In this document: one piece after another, positions 1-11,790 of the stretch
How positions within the stretch are numbered: position 1 is the first letter of the stretch
Layout: the number at the start of each line of letters is the position of its first letter
NCBI GenBank assembly: GCA_964035545.1
Contig: OZ037769.1
Coordinates: 6,429,929 to 6,493,928 of the forward strand
DNA from: Bugula neritina
Taxonomy: Eukaryota > Animalia > Bryozoa
Length of the DNA stretch: 64,000 nucleotides
Direction: 5' to 3'
Translations under genes and position numbers: made by a program
The notes under the pieces: model-generated
The model's input: the letters and a program-made list of their open reading frames with translations, nothing else
Databases searched by the model: none
What the model was told of the DNA's origin: nothing

Positions 1-210
1 TTAGGTTTTTTGGCAGGAGAATGTGCGAAGCATAGCAGTCAGCCGTCAATTCTTTTTCAATAGATTTTGCGGGAGCACATATATAAGTTCATAAGATTAA
101 GTTTAACATATCAAGTAGGTGTTATGAGCCTACCAGAACCAGATTCTAAAGTGGTCTGCAAGTACAGAGTGATTTTAATGGAATTGGAAGCGGGTAATCA
201 TGATGTGAGT

Positions 211-452
211 CATTTTTATCATATTATAGCAATGAAAGTAAGGAAGAAGTTTAGATAATAGCAATGAAAATAGGAGTCCAATGTAAATTTCCTCTCCAAG
301 CACTTATAAGCACTGCTATAACTAGTCAACTTAAAAATTTGACTAGTTATAGCAGTGCTTATATGCGCTTGGACAGGAAATTTTCATTGGACTGTATTTT
401 CATTGCTATCATCTAAGCTTCCTCCTTACTTTCTAATGTGATAGCAAAAATG
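211..452. repeat. Imperfect ~240-bp palindrome / foldback (MITE-like)
   Basis: Left arm GAAAGTAAGGAAGAAGTTTAGATAATAGCAATGAAAATA...AAGCACTGCTATAACTAGTCAA is the near reverse complement of TTGACTAGTTATAGCAGTGCTT...TATTTTCATTGCTATCATCTAAGCTTCCTCCTTACTTTC. Short AT loop at ~330-338. Confidence 0.85.
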
Positions 453-800
453 TTGCCTGAAATTGGATATATTTTTATAACGCCAACACATGCTTAGGTA
501 ACCATTAGCTTAAATTTGTTAGTTCTGTGATAGTTCACCTGCTCAGACTGATACCCGGTGTTAGTTTTTCTGGTATACTCAATCAGTCTAGATTCTAAAA
601 CAGCTTGTCTTAGTTTTCTAATAAAAAACTATTATTATAACTCAGCTGACAATGGAAAAACTCAGGTGTCTCTTTGTGATAAGGAAGTATAAATATATGA
701 GCAGTATGTCAGTGAGAGGTTGTAACTGAAAACAAGTGTATTCCAAAACTTAAAACTTTGCTATTTAATTTTCACACAAACATCCTCTACTTTTCTACAG

Positions 801-901
801 CTCAAGGCAAGTTTGTCAGCTCTCTTATTACAAGTTGTAAGACACATCTCTACGTACTGTTTATGATACACAGATTACTGCAGTGAACTGTTCAGCACCT
901 G
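801..901 (+). other. Probable non-coding 5' UTR exon of the NTase-TPR gene
   Basis: Acceptor TTTTCTACAG ends at 800 and donor G|GTAAGT follows at 901/902. All three frames contain stops. Confidence 0.45.
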
Positions 902-934
902 GTAAGTTACAACTTATAACAGTATTGATAAAAC

Positions 935-1269
935 TGTGGTGGCTCGTGGAGCTACCAGCGTAATAACGGGGAAATGTTATTTCCCCCATGAGTGCAGCAC
1001 GGGGTCAATGAGATGACCCGGAACAGCAGACAACCAATCAGCAGGACTGACAGTTTTTAGTAGTTTTAGTTAGTTGAGTTCAGGCTGGTGACTTGTATAG
1101 ACCGTATCAATTAGCTGAATGTATTTGTGTTACTGTAGTTTCTTGTGATGTATTCTTGTGTATAAAATATGTTAGTATTAACTCGAATTATCCTGGCGAA
1201 GTTTCTCTAGCATAGTAACTAAGACTCTCTTGATTGCACACCAACCCACAAATTCTGGAAATTACAACA
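935..1269. mobile_element. Possible solo LTR
   Basis: GC-richer 335-bp block bounded by TGTGGT...ACAACA (TG..CA, imperfect terminal inverted repeat). Flanks AAAC/ATAC match only imperfectly as a TSD. Confidence 0.3.
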
Positions 1270-1492
1270 ATACTTCTAACTATTCTAACCTTAAAACAAG
1301 AAATGGTGTTTCTCTAAGATAAATTTAACTATAGCAGCTAAATTCTTCAACTTAAATATAATACAGTCCAGCAATAGAATAAAATAATTGAACAGTTCTT
1401 TGTAATTAAAATTGAACTATTAATATGTTACCTTTTAGATTGTCAAGTTTAATTGCTACTTAGGATAAATCTACAGAACATTTTCTGAAGAA

Positions 1493-4400
1493 ATGGAAGA
1501 CCAATATGTAGTAAGTCACTATATTCAATCGAAAAAAAAATAGTTTAAATTATCCATGGCTTGAGATATTTGAACTGAAAACACATGCACTCATGAACCT
1601 ATAATAGTTTAGAATAACATAAAATAAAGATTTTATATCAACTTTCACAAATAGTTGGCAAGTTGCAAGATAGAAATGTTTCTAAAGTTGAATAGAAGAA
1701 AATTTTCTGAATTCTGCATACATGTATATACAATTATATTTTCTTGATTGCAAAACCCAACCCTAAACTTTGCAGTTTGTTTTTGTCTGTTTGAATATAG
1801 TGAGTTTAATAAAAGATCACTACTTACAGTTAAACTCAGTGTAAGTTTTTCAACCGAGTCATTATAGGATATTTTTATAAAATTTGATTTGCGTACCAAT
1901 ATAATGCTATGCTAGTGCTTACTTTATAAGCTTATATTTACAATTACTTTATGATTATCCTGTACATACACCTATTGTAGATCACAGTAGAAGAGTTGAA
2001 GGAGTTCAAAATAGCCTACTGCCGTGCACCTGGTGGAAAATATAACCTAGAAGCCCCAATACCTTTTCTGAAAAAGTTAGCTGATGGATATCTAGACAAA
2101 TATAATACCACTGGTGATTGGACGGATATTCTCAAGGTAGTAAGCAAACAGAAGAAACTGAAAAAATGTATTTTGCATTAAAATCTCCGCAAACAAAACC
2201 TACAATTCCAGTATTTGCTGCAGTATGCATACAAATATTATTTTAACAACAAAGGAAACTGAGGATTATGTTTCTTTTGGCACTGGTACTGGCAAAATTG
2301 GCACATGTAAAAATGGCACAGGCAACAATGGCACTGGTAATAAGTGCACAAATGGAAAAGTAGAAAAAAATGGCACACTGATGTCAAATTTTCCCAAACC
2401 CCCCCCCCCCCCGAACACAAACCTTCAACCATTAAATCCCAACCCCAAACTAAAATCCCTATTCCCAAAGCTAAACCCTCATCTTAAACACCCAACCTTA
2501 CCCCTAACCCTAATATTGGAAATGTGCCATTTTCACTTACTTTGCCATTTTTACCAGACACCCTTATGTATATGATAGTCAGAAAAGTATCCTTAGACTT
2601 TTATTTTACTATGTATTTCAATTTTTTTAGGCTATTGACACTGATTGATAAGAAAACCTATAGCTTTGTCACTGTAATATATCACTTTTCAAATTCATTT
2701 TAGAGCCATGCTTTGTGTAACTCCATCTCTAAGCGAAAGGCTGGTGAAGCTGAATTGTGGAATAGAAAAGCTTTTGAAGCACAAAAGGCTTATTGGAAAG
2801 AAAATGGAGTTTGGAGCTACGAGATTCAACAATATGTGACTAGTCAACTAGTTGACCAGCTAGAAGAAATAAGGGAAGAGTGTAGAATGCAGATTAATCA
2901 TATTGAACGCTTAGTTGCACAGTATGATGACAACAAGATAACTCAATCTAACTTTACTGAGCAGTTTGTTTCCGGCGTCAAACAAATTTCGCTGAGTAGT
3001 TCTCAGAAAATGGCAGCGTTTGCAAAAAAGGTGTTTGAGTTCAGTGTCGCTAGTCTGTCCATTCTTCCACCTTGTAATTTTTGTGTAGTGGCACTGGGTT
3101 CTCTAGCTAAAGGCGAAGCAACACCCTACTCAGACTTAGAGTATTTGTTTCTAATTAAATCTTCCAATTGTGAAACAATCGCTTATTTTGAAAAACTTGC
3201 TCTTTCAAGCTATTTCATCATTGGAAACCTACAAGAAACAGATTTAGGGTACATGTCGATAGCAGAGCTGAAAGGGTGGTTTGATGACACACAAAAAAGT
3301 GGTTTCAAAATTGACGGCTTAAAAGATGGAGCTGGAAACATTCCAACTGGCAATGGATCTACTTCTCAGCAAAACCATTTTATCGTTACTCCAATGTCTC
3401 TAATTCACAAATACAAATCAGTTTTAGATGACCCTCAAAGTGATGCTATTGTTGGAGATCTTACTGCTAAATTACAGTTCACCAGACTAGTATACTGCCA
3501 CGGAGACGGTGCGGAAAAACTCTTGGAACAATTCACAGAACAAAAGCTTATGCTACAGCCTAATGACAGAAGGCAGGAAGTCAACAGAGAAATGTTTATT
3601 GCTGATGCAAAGAAATATGGCTTTACACCTACGGAAGAAATGATAAATAATGGATTTTCAATCAATACAAAAAAGGAGCTATATCGATATCCATCAATAT
3701 TACTTTACAACATTTTGATATTATTCAACATATCATTAACACATTCATGGGAAAGCTTGAACAACCTCAAAGAAATGAATCATATTTCTGTCTCTATACA
3801 CGAGCACATTCTATTTTTGTTGGCATGCGCATGTTACCTAAGACTTTCAACATATCATTTTTATGATTCAGCTGAAGAAAGCTTGTCGGTGCTTTCAGTG
3901 AACTATTTTACTTACCATGATGTTCAGAAGACTAGCATAGCAGAGATAAAAACTAGAAAAAAATGGTTCCTTCCGCAAAAACTGTTTAACCTGCATTGTG
4001 AGTATTCAATACCCTTAAAGAAGCACATTAGTGCGTGCAAGATTGACAATATCGAAGATGCTATAAGAGCAGCTGTGCAACAACCTAATTGGTTAGTGAG
4101 ATTTCAAACTTTTCATTGTTGCAATCGTTGGTCCAAAGGACAAGGTCTTCTTCGAGAACACATTAATTTAGAAACAGTTTTAAGAAATCCCGAGCAAACC
4201 ATCGACACAATTTACAGTTTAGTGAACTATGGCTTTGAAGAGTTGTGGAACACCATCAGGGCTTTAACTTATTCGTTAAGTCAAGAAAGAAAAAACAAAG
4301 AAGCCCTGGCTTACCACTTGATCATTCAAACAATGATAGAATCAGATTTGAGTGAAAAAAGCAATGGAGAGCAACAGTTAACCATGGCTGAGTCAAAAGC

Positions 4401-5583
4401 AGAGGCTGGTATGTGCTTTTATGGGTTGACTGATTTCAACAAAGCTATAGAGGAATATAAAAGTTCACTGCAGATTCGAAGTGCGTTTTTATCAAGTAAC
4501 CATGAGCAGTTGGCAAAGATGTACCTCTGCCTTGGAAGATCTTACTTAATGCTGTACAGATATCAAGAGGCTCACACTCATCTTTTCATTGCGCTGCAAA
4601 TCTGTCATAATCAAGCATTGAAGGAAGTTGAATACAACTACTATGGTGAAATTGTACATTCAGAAACTCCAATTCAACCTGTAGTTGGTCTCTTGAAAAA
4701 AAGTCCACAAGACAGGCTTCGTTATTTGAACAATTCATCTATTCTACTCGCCCATGTTTTGTGGACCATTGGATTGAACTATTTTTACACAAAGTACTTT
4801 GAGCTTTCGTTTTGTTATTTTAGCAAAGCCCAAGAGATGTTTTATGCTTGTTATGGAAGCAGAGCTTGTCATAGAGACATTTCCCATCTATTTTATGCTT
4901 TGGCTTGTGCTAGTTCTATGTTGGGACATCATGACGAAGCTGAGGAATATTTCAAACGGGGGATTGCAATGACAATTCAAATCTTTGGAAAAACAAACCG
5001 ATTCAAAGCTGCTGTATTACATTATTTTGCCATGAATGATTCGAAGATTTACCATAAAATTATATTCAGGATGTTTTTTAGTCTACCACGCTACCGCGTA
5101 GCACACTCTGAGTCTGCAACAGTTATAAGTCGATATGGATTGCATCTCACACACACTGGTGAGTATCCTCTAGCTGAAAATGTACTAAAAATAGCACTAC
5201 AGATGTACCATGCCAGTGCTAATGTTGGAAATAGCAAATATCCAGCCGGGTACATTTCTGTCACATTATCACATTTGGCTTTAAACTACTGGAAACAAGG
5301 AAAGATTCAGCTTGCCAAGAAGACTTTTGAACAATCTTTAGAGCCTCTCAATGAAATCGAGAAACTAATGCCTAATTCTGCTGATCTAGAGAGAGGAGAA
5401 ATCCTTCAAATGATGGGTGCCATGCACTTATCTCTTTTACAATATCACAATGCGATTGTTTACTTCCGTGAAGCAAAACAAAAATTTGTGTCTGCTTGCC
5501 ATGATCCAAATCATCCTAAAATTTATGAGGTTGAAAATCTAATTCGGTCTACATCAAGTCATCTTCAAAACCGAAGACTATAA
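1493..5583 (+). CDS. DUF294/GlnD-GlnE-like nucleotidyltransferase plus helical substrate-binding domain plus C-terminal TPR array, ~1017 aa; exons 1493-1510, 1981-2136 (or 2139), 2704-5583
   Basis: Phase-0 GT-AG joins give MEDQYV|ITVEELKEFK...DWTDILK|SHALCNSISKR... Pol-beta-superfamily NTase motif VVALGSLAKGEATPYSDLEYLFL at ~3085-3150, with a candidate third acid in GFKIDG. Helical KKELYRYP...FLLACACYLRLSTY segment follows, then many TPR-like units (e.g. AGMCFYGLTDFNKAIEEYKSSLQIR, LGRSYLMLYRYQEAHTHLFIAL, LALNYWKQGKIQLAKKTFEQSL). Confidence 0.85.
2278..2563. repeat. Intronic non-autonomous repeat (15-bp GGYAAAAATGGCACA-like subrepeats, C-rich CCCTAA-like core)
   Basis: Tandem AAAATGGCAC units on the left, inverted GTGCCATTTT/TGCCATTTTTACCAGACACCC on the right. 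Lies in an intron of the NTase-TPR gene. Confidence 0.55.
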
Positions 5584-5999
5584 TATTTCGGTATGCAAAG
5601 AGATAACAAATTTTTTAAATGCTTTACTTTTGTGTCTTTATCAGCAATGTAACTTAACATAACATATATTCTGTAGAGTTGGGTCTGTAACAAAATGTAT
5701 TTTTCAAGTAGATATGCATACAACTTTTAAAAAAACATTATGTAATGTTCTATTAAAATTTTACAAAAAATTGTGGCTTTGGAATCACATACCATCCTAA
5801 TCTTGCAGAATATACTTTATTGATATCATAGGATTAAATTTAATAAATTAACAATGTGAGATGTAATTTAATAAAAACATTAAACATTTGCTAACTTTCA
5901 ATAGCGTGAAATGAATAATACGATAGAGTGTAGTGTAGCATTATAGCACCAGGTTTTATAAAAATTGCAGAATAATGTTTAGCCTTAGGCCCTCATATT

Positions 6000-8900
6000 T
6001 TAGTGAACATTCTGGAAGGACTCAGCCGGGTCATCCTTGTTTACACTACTCCATTCAGGGAACTTTATGCAACAGTCTGAACAGATTTGGTCGAGCTTAG
6101 GTAGAAGTAACTGTGCTAACAAGTTGCCACCTTCAGTAGCTAAGTGTAACCCATCTAAATTTACATACTTCTTCCAATCCTAACAAGTAGAACCAAATAA
6201 ATTGCAACTATAAATGGGTCATTGCATTCAAATTAACAAGCAATTACTGTTATATTGCTGGCCTTGTAAGTTGTATAGTTCAAAACCCTAACTTATGGAA
6301 TTATTGATTATGAATAGACTTCTCCTATAAACTTTCATAGTTCTCGTTTTAGTTGACAGTTACACTGCTTGATTTGATTGAATATCAGCAATAATACTGC
6401 AAAATAACTGCACCCACCAGAACTTAAACTGCATTCTTTCGACTTGCAAGGCAGTGTGCTACCCTTATCCACTGTAGCAGCTACTGCAGAACCTCATTAC
6501 CACAAGTGCAGCATACATACTATGATCAAATGATATCTGTTAATTTTAATTTACATTGAAAATTTAAAGTGTGTGCTCGCGGGCGGCCTTCGTGTGTGAA
6601 AATTACTTTATTTTATACATTATATTTTACATGCTATTCACCGAGTGCGTTTATTTTGCACATAACAAGTTTTAATGCTCTCCGCTGCTATTTCAATGGA
6701 ATGACATCAAGTTCCCGACTAGAACTTCTCTTGTATTGTTGAACTGACATGTTTTGATTTTAGCAGAAATTTATAAAATATGTGGAGCTACAAGAATTAG
6801 CCAGTTTTGCTAGATTGGCATTGGCGTGAAAACTTGAGGTTTCGACACCTTTTAGTTTGCCGTCAAATAAACATAAATAATGTCATAATATGACCAACTT
6901 GAGGAAACATAACAAATTATCCGAATTAGGCATTTGTCGAACCTTTCAATACAGCGGAAATAAAATCGCGCAACTCATATGATTTTCTAATATGAGAAAA
7001 CACAGAGCTGTCTAAAACTCTAACATACATTTGTCAAAATTAACTTTTATAAAGTCATCATTGAGAGGGAAGATTTATACAGTACCGAAAGTTGAAGCAA
7101 TATTACGTTACGTCCTAGCATCATATGAATGTACAACTACATTTTGAGCCAGTATGAAAGACCATATCACCAATGGCAATCTATGGTTTTAAATAACACT
7201 CCAGTGTCCCTTACACCTCAACAGCAAAACTGAGATGAAAATATGCGTAAGGAATTTCACGGGTGTTTGTAGCTAAACCTTACATAAAAGGAGTAGTTTG
7301 CTCCTACCTCATGCTTCATCATTTCACTAAAGAGATCAATGCAGGCTACATTGAGCTCACTGGAAACTTCACAGCAAGCCCCTGCATATTTTACTAGGTT
7401 GGTGTTCAACAGCGAGAGCTCAGCAGCTGCAAGTGCACAAAAACAGCACTTAAACAGAACAGCATCACTTAATACTACAGCAGCAGATGTTAGTCAGCAT
7501 GTAACATCTTCAACAAGTTAATGAACGACACCTTTTAAAACATTAATGTGTTTTTTATTATCTTTAACATGTAACTAAGGTCTAAAACCACACTCATTAA
7601 AATACTAATACTAGTGCATAACACTTATGAAAGATACACTTGATTTCCTGTTTGTAATAGTCTGTGAGGACAAAATTGCAGAAAATTTATAAGGAAATTC
7701 TTCAATCAGGATTTTAAGAGTTGAGACTACATCATAGTTTAACATCATTTGACACCTATTTATATCTGTAATTGATTCAAATTGAAGACGTTAAGCAATC
7801 ACATGATATGACAGAGCCATATCAGATTATGCCAAACTATTTCCATTTCTATCTTCTTACGACGGAAATGTGCTTTTAGAGTAGCCTATAGTATGTTAGT
7901 TAGAATCCGCAAGTTCCAAGCCGGACAGTAAAAACCCGTTCGAGTGCACAACTCCCAAGAAAAGCAGTCAGGGTGTGCATGCATTGATTATAATGATATC
8001 GTAATAGGGTGCTTGAAAACCGAAGTCTTAGGGATCTGTCATACAAAGTTCTAATAATACTATCTTACTAGCAGAGCAGCATGATATGCTATAAAATCAG
8101 TAGGCTGTGAAAGCATGGCTGAATATAAAAAGTTTATTATTACATCTTGTTTATTGTTACATCTTGAGAGTGGAACAGACTAGACTTAGACTATATTGGA
8201 AGATACTAACCCGTCAGCTTCTTGCATTTATCCCACAATTCTTCATCAACAGGGGGAGGAGCAACTAGTATTATACACTCTTTTCGAATGCCCAATTTCT
8301 AGAAGTCAAAATATAAAATAAAAATACATGCATAATGATAACTTTGCTGTCTGTGTTCGGGGAGATAACCTTGGCTGTTTACAGAAATTCCATTGCTAAT
8401 AAAAAAAGTTAGCTTTTTGTATTCTTGTTGGCTTCTTGCTGTATTATTGCTGGCTATAAATGCAAAACCCATAGTTTATAGTACAAATACAGCTTCTTGT
8501 TATTGTTCAGTTCTTGTTACCAAGAACATGTTCAAGGGAGCTGATATTTAGTGCAAATCAAAGTCAAAGAAACAAATCCAAAACTAATGGATTTAATATT
8601 ATCCTTGTTGCTAATCCACTAGAGCATTTCTGGCACAATCTGAGACGTGAATTTTAACTAATTTGATGAAACTGGCGACAGAATTTAACTGTAGGTAGCA
8701 AAAACTTCTTGCTATAAGATGTGTACGTATATATAAGTTATAACTTACTTACTATAAGATGATGCACCATGTACGTCAGCGCTGATTTGTACTCTTCTAA
8801 TGGCACATGCTGCTGGGGGTTCATATCCTTGCGGTTGGCATCATTTGAGCCAAGAAAGAGTGTGACGGCAGCACATTCTTTAGCAAACTCTAAGACATGA

Positions 8901-11018
8901 GATTAGTATTGACAGCATTGGTCAGACAGACATAAGGAAAGAATACTGCTACTAGAAACACATATCATGGTCAGTACACTACTACTAGAGGTCTAATTAT
9001 ATTGGGAACAAAAAGTTATTAGGTTTCATCGAAACATGATTCAATGGTAAGAGGTTTGATGGTAAAGGCTTGATGGTAATTATTAAATATATAAATCATG
9101 GTTGGTCAATCACCATCTGGTCAGCATGGTGAAATACTTGAAGTTTTATGCTGATCAAATACAGTAATTCTTTTGAGTGTCTCCAAATAATGAAAGAATG
9201 GTCCCAAATAACACAACTAAATATATATGCTACATCAATCAAAAATAACACGGAAATTAAGCACATCTTAAAAAAATCCTTTCAAGTTGGAATGTTTGCA
9301 AGACCTGTAAATTATCTGAATATTTGTAGGAAATGAAACTTTGTAGTTAGACATATAAGACATGAGTGAATTAAAATACATGCATGATATTATCTACAAC
9401 AAGGATACAGTAACACAAACCTTCATCTATAAGTTTGGGTATCATTTCTTTCAGCCATCTACTGTTATATCCAGAGAAGCCACGGTTAATTACATCACAT
9501 CTCCTACAGGACACCAGAGTGAATTAGTATGTAAAATTTTGAACAGCAAGACTCAACAGCTGAGCAAAATTTTTTTACAGTTTTTCATACATGAATAACT
9601 TATTTTAGCAGAAAATTAACGATATTTTGGAAAGTGCTACAGAAATAAAACACATTTACCTGCTAAAAAATGGTTTGTTTGTATCTTGCTAAATTGACTA
9701 AAAATCCTTTGAATCAAAGTTATTTTGTGAAATAGTTGTGGGCTTCTAATCTTGATGAGAAGCCTATACAATATTTATATACAAAACCCGAAGGAGAAAC
9801 GAAATGCATACTATTACTAATTTTATGGAAGACCATTACTGGCTAACCTTTGAAAATGACTGGCCAGTTTAGAAACCCAAGAACTTTCCTCATTAAACCC
9901 ATACTAAAACAGAAAAACAGTATTAGATTGCGCACTGATAGGTAAATTAAAGTTATTAAACAACAGTTTTTGTATAAGAAATAAATGTATTACGGTCATG
10001 ATTTCCTGAAATTTACGTCCAAGTCAGTCATTGTAATTTGAAGTTTTCAAATAAAATACAATCATAAAATAAAGATCCCAACTCCAAAATGTAACATCTG
10101 CTAAGAAGCTAGTGCCTTTTTATACATAGAGTAATGGTATTCAATCTTTCAACCAGATGCCTGGTGCCACAAACAGATAAAATATACACCAAGAAATATT
10201 GTCACACTTCACTATATTTAATTAATTACAAACTAACAACCAGCAAGCAACAGAGTAACATGGAACTCTTTGATTGAGTTGGCTATGCAAAACCCAGTAA
10301 CTTGCAAGGACTAAAATGGATACCACGAGAAATCACCAATAGCAGCCAACAGTAAGTAAAGTTACAAATAAACTTAGGTTGTAGCATTAGAGTCATCACA
10401 AGGTACCACCGAGGAACTTCAAATAAATTGTTGGAACAAAGTCTGTCAGAGAAAAAAAAGTAAAAAGCTCCTAAAATTATTACCATAAAAAACATTTGGA
10501 AACAGCAATGTTAAAAGAGAGATGTTTTCGTAATTGCATCGCTTTGAAAATAAGTTGCTCTATAAATTAATGGATTTTTGTGGTGACAAATTACTTTCTT
10601 TCAATAAACAACAAAACATGCATCAATATTGTAGACTTTTGCTGCCCAAATAGGACAGAGCGGAGATAGGTGAGGTAAGAACTGTAGACTTTCGCTATGA
10701 GTCAATTTGGTTATTCTAAAAAAAGTTAACAGACAGGCATTTGGAAGTCATTGCTAGATTTCATAAATTTTTCATTGAGTGCAAAATAATAGTTAAACTT
10801 TCAAGCAAAATACTCAAGCATGTGCATACACAAGCAGTTGAAGATGTAAATATAACATGCCTACACAGGCATGCATGTACACCTACACACACAATGACCG
10901 AAAGTTAAAAAATAGCCAGTCATTGCCTTATGGTTTATTAAACTACCTGAGTTTGAGAATCTCCGAGCAACAGAATTTTTGGCCACCTCACTAGTGTTGA
11001 GCTAGCTTGCCTCGACAT
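6000..11018 (-). CDS. IAH1: IAH1-like SGNH/GDSL esterase, 244 aa; exons 11018-10947, 9903-9848, 9503-9421, 8889-8753, 8298-8211, 7426-7308, 6179-6000
   Basis: Spliced translation [24 protein letters not shown]|[19 protein letters not shown]|[16 protein letters not shown]...|...[28 protein letters not shown]...|...[10 protein letters not shown]...|...[21 protein letters not shown]...|[13 protein letters not shown]...FPEWSSV...*. All four SGNH blocks (GDS, RG, GxND, DGxH) are present and all joins are GT-AG and in phase (735 nt). Confidence 0.93.
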
Positions 11019-11559
11019 CTGTTAATTTAAAAAACACAGAGCTGCTGCAATTAAAGTATAAACAAACTATTTAAGAAATAATTAATCCAATTCCAGTTCT
11101 ATTAGTATTACTATTAGTTTTACTTTTAGTTTTACTATATAACATTGCAGCTTACTACTACTTAGTATATTATTCACTGATTTTCATTTTGATTGACATA
11201 GTATCAAACATAGTGTTTAAAGCTCTTGACTACTAGTACTACTACCAGAGTAGACTAGTAGTACTAGTAGTAACACTAACTAGTACTAGTACAACTAACT
11301 AAACTAGTAAATAAACTACTAGTCTACTCTAGTACTAGTAGTAAACTACAGTTCGAATATACAGCTTATACAGTTATACTTATAGTTATAGTTATACTTG
11401 CAGCTACGCTTGCACAGTTATAGTATACATCATAGTTAAAAACTAGAGGACGTAATGATAATCATAATTATTAATAACAATAATTATTTTATCTATTAAA
11501 TTATCAGATGAGTACAAAGAGTTAGGCTTAAAAGTTAAATGGCATATGATATATTAATT

Positions 11560-11790
11560 ATTATACATAACTGATACGAACATCACCCGAAAGTTGGTCG
11601 AAGCAGCACCGAGTTGGTGGTCACTGAGTGAGATTTGCCATTGGTTGGAGTAGCGATTGGATTTTGACGTTTGAGGTTCGAAGTTCGAACAACTGTCTAC
11701 CCGAATTCTGCACTTAGTAACCCTCAATTTGGTGCTGCTTTTAGCAAGGCTTTCCTCGCAATAGGACAGGCCTGAAAAATTCCTAGCCTT
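11560..11790. promoter_or_regulatory. Putative bidirectional promoter between IAH1 (-) and the orphan gene (+)
   Basis: Local GC/CpG rise between divergently oriented genes, with ATTGG (CCAAT) boxes at ~11640 and ~11656 and a TGACGT CRE-like site at ~11665. Flanked on both sides by TAG/TAC/TAA low-complexity tracts. Confidence 0.4.

Noticed and set aside
2225-2575. 116-aa ORF with GTG/NGT repeats and a proline run
   Set aside because: It is the translation of an intronic repeat element, and the flanking exons splice in frame without it.
1493-5583. Bacterial contamination, or a cGAS/OAS orthologue, as explanation of the NTase-TPR ORF
   Set aside because: It has in-phase spliceosomal introns and abuts eukaryotic genes. 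Its motif spacing and helical domain look GlnD/DUF294-like, and I see no Mab-21 or OAS C-terminal features.
6410-7050. Possible reverse-strand SINE head and DNA-transposon remnant in the last IAH1 intron
   Set aside because: Too degenerate to define ends, TIRs or a TSD from sequence alone.
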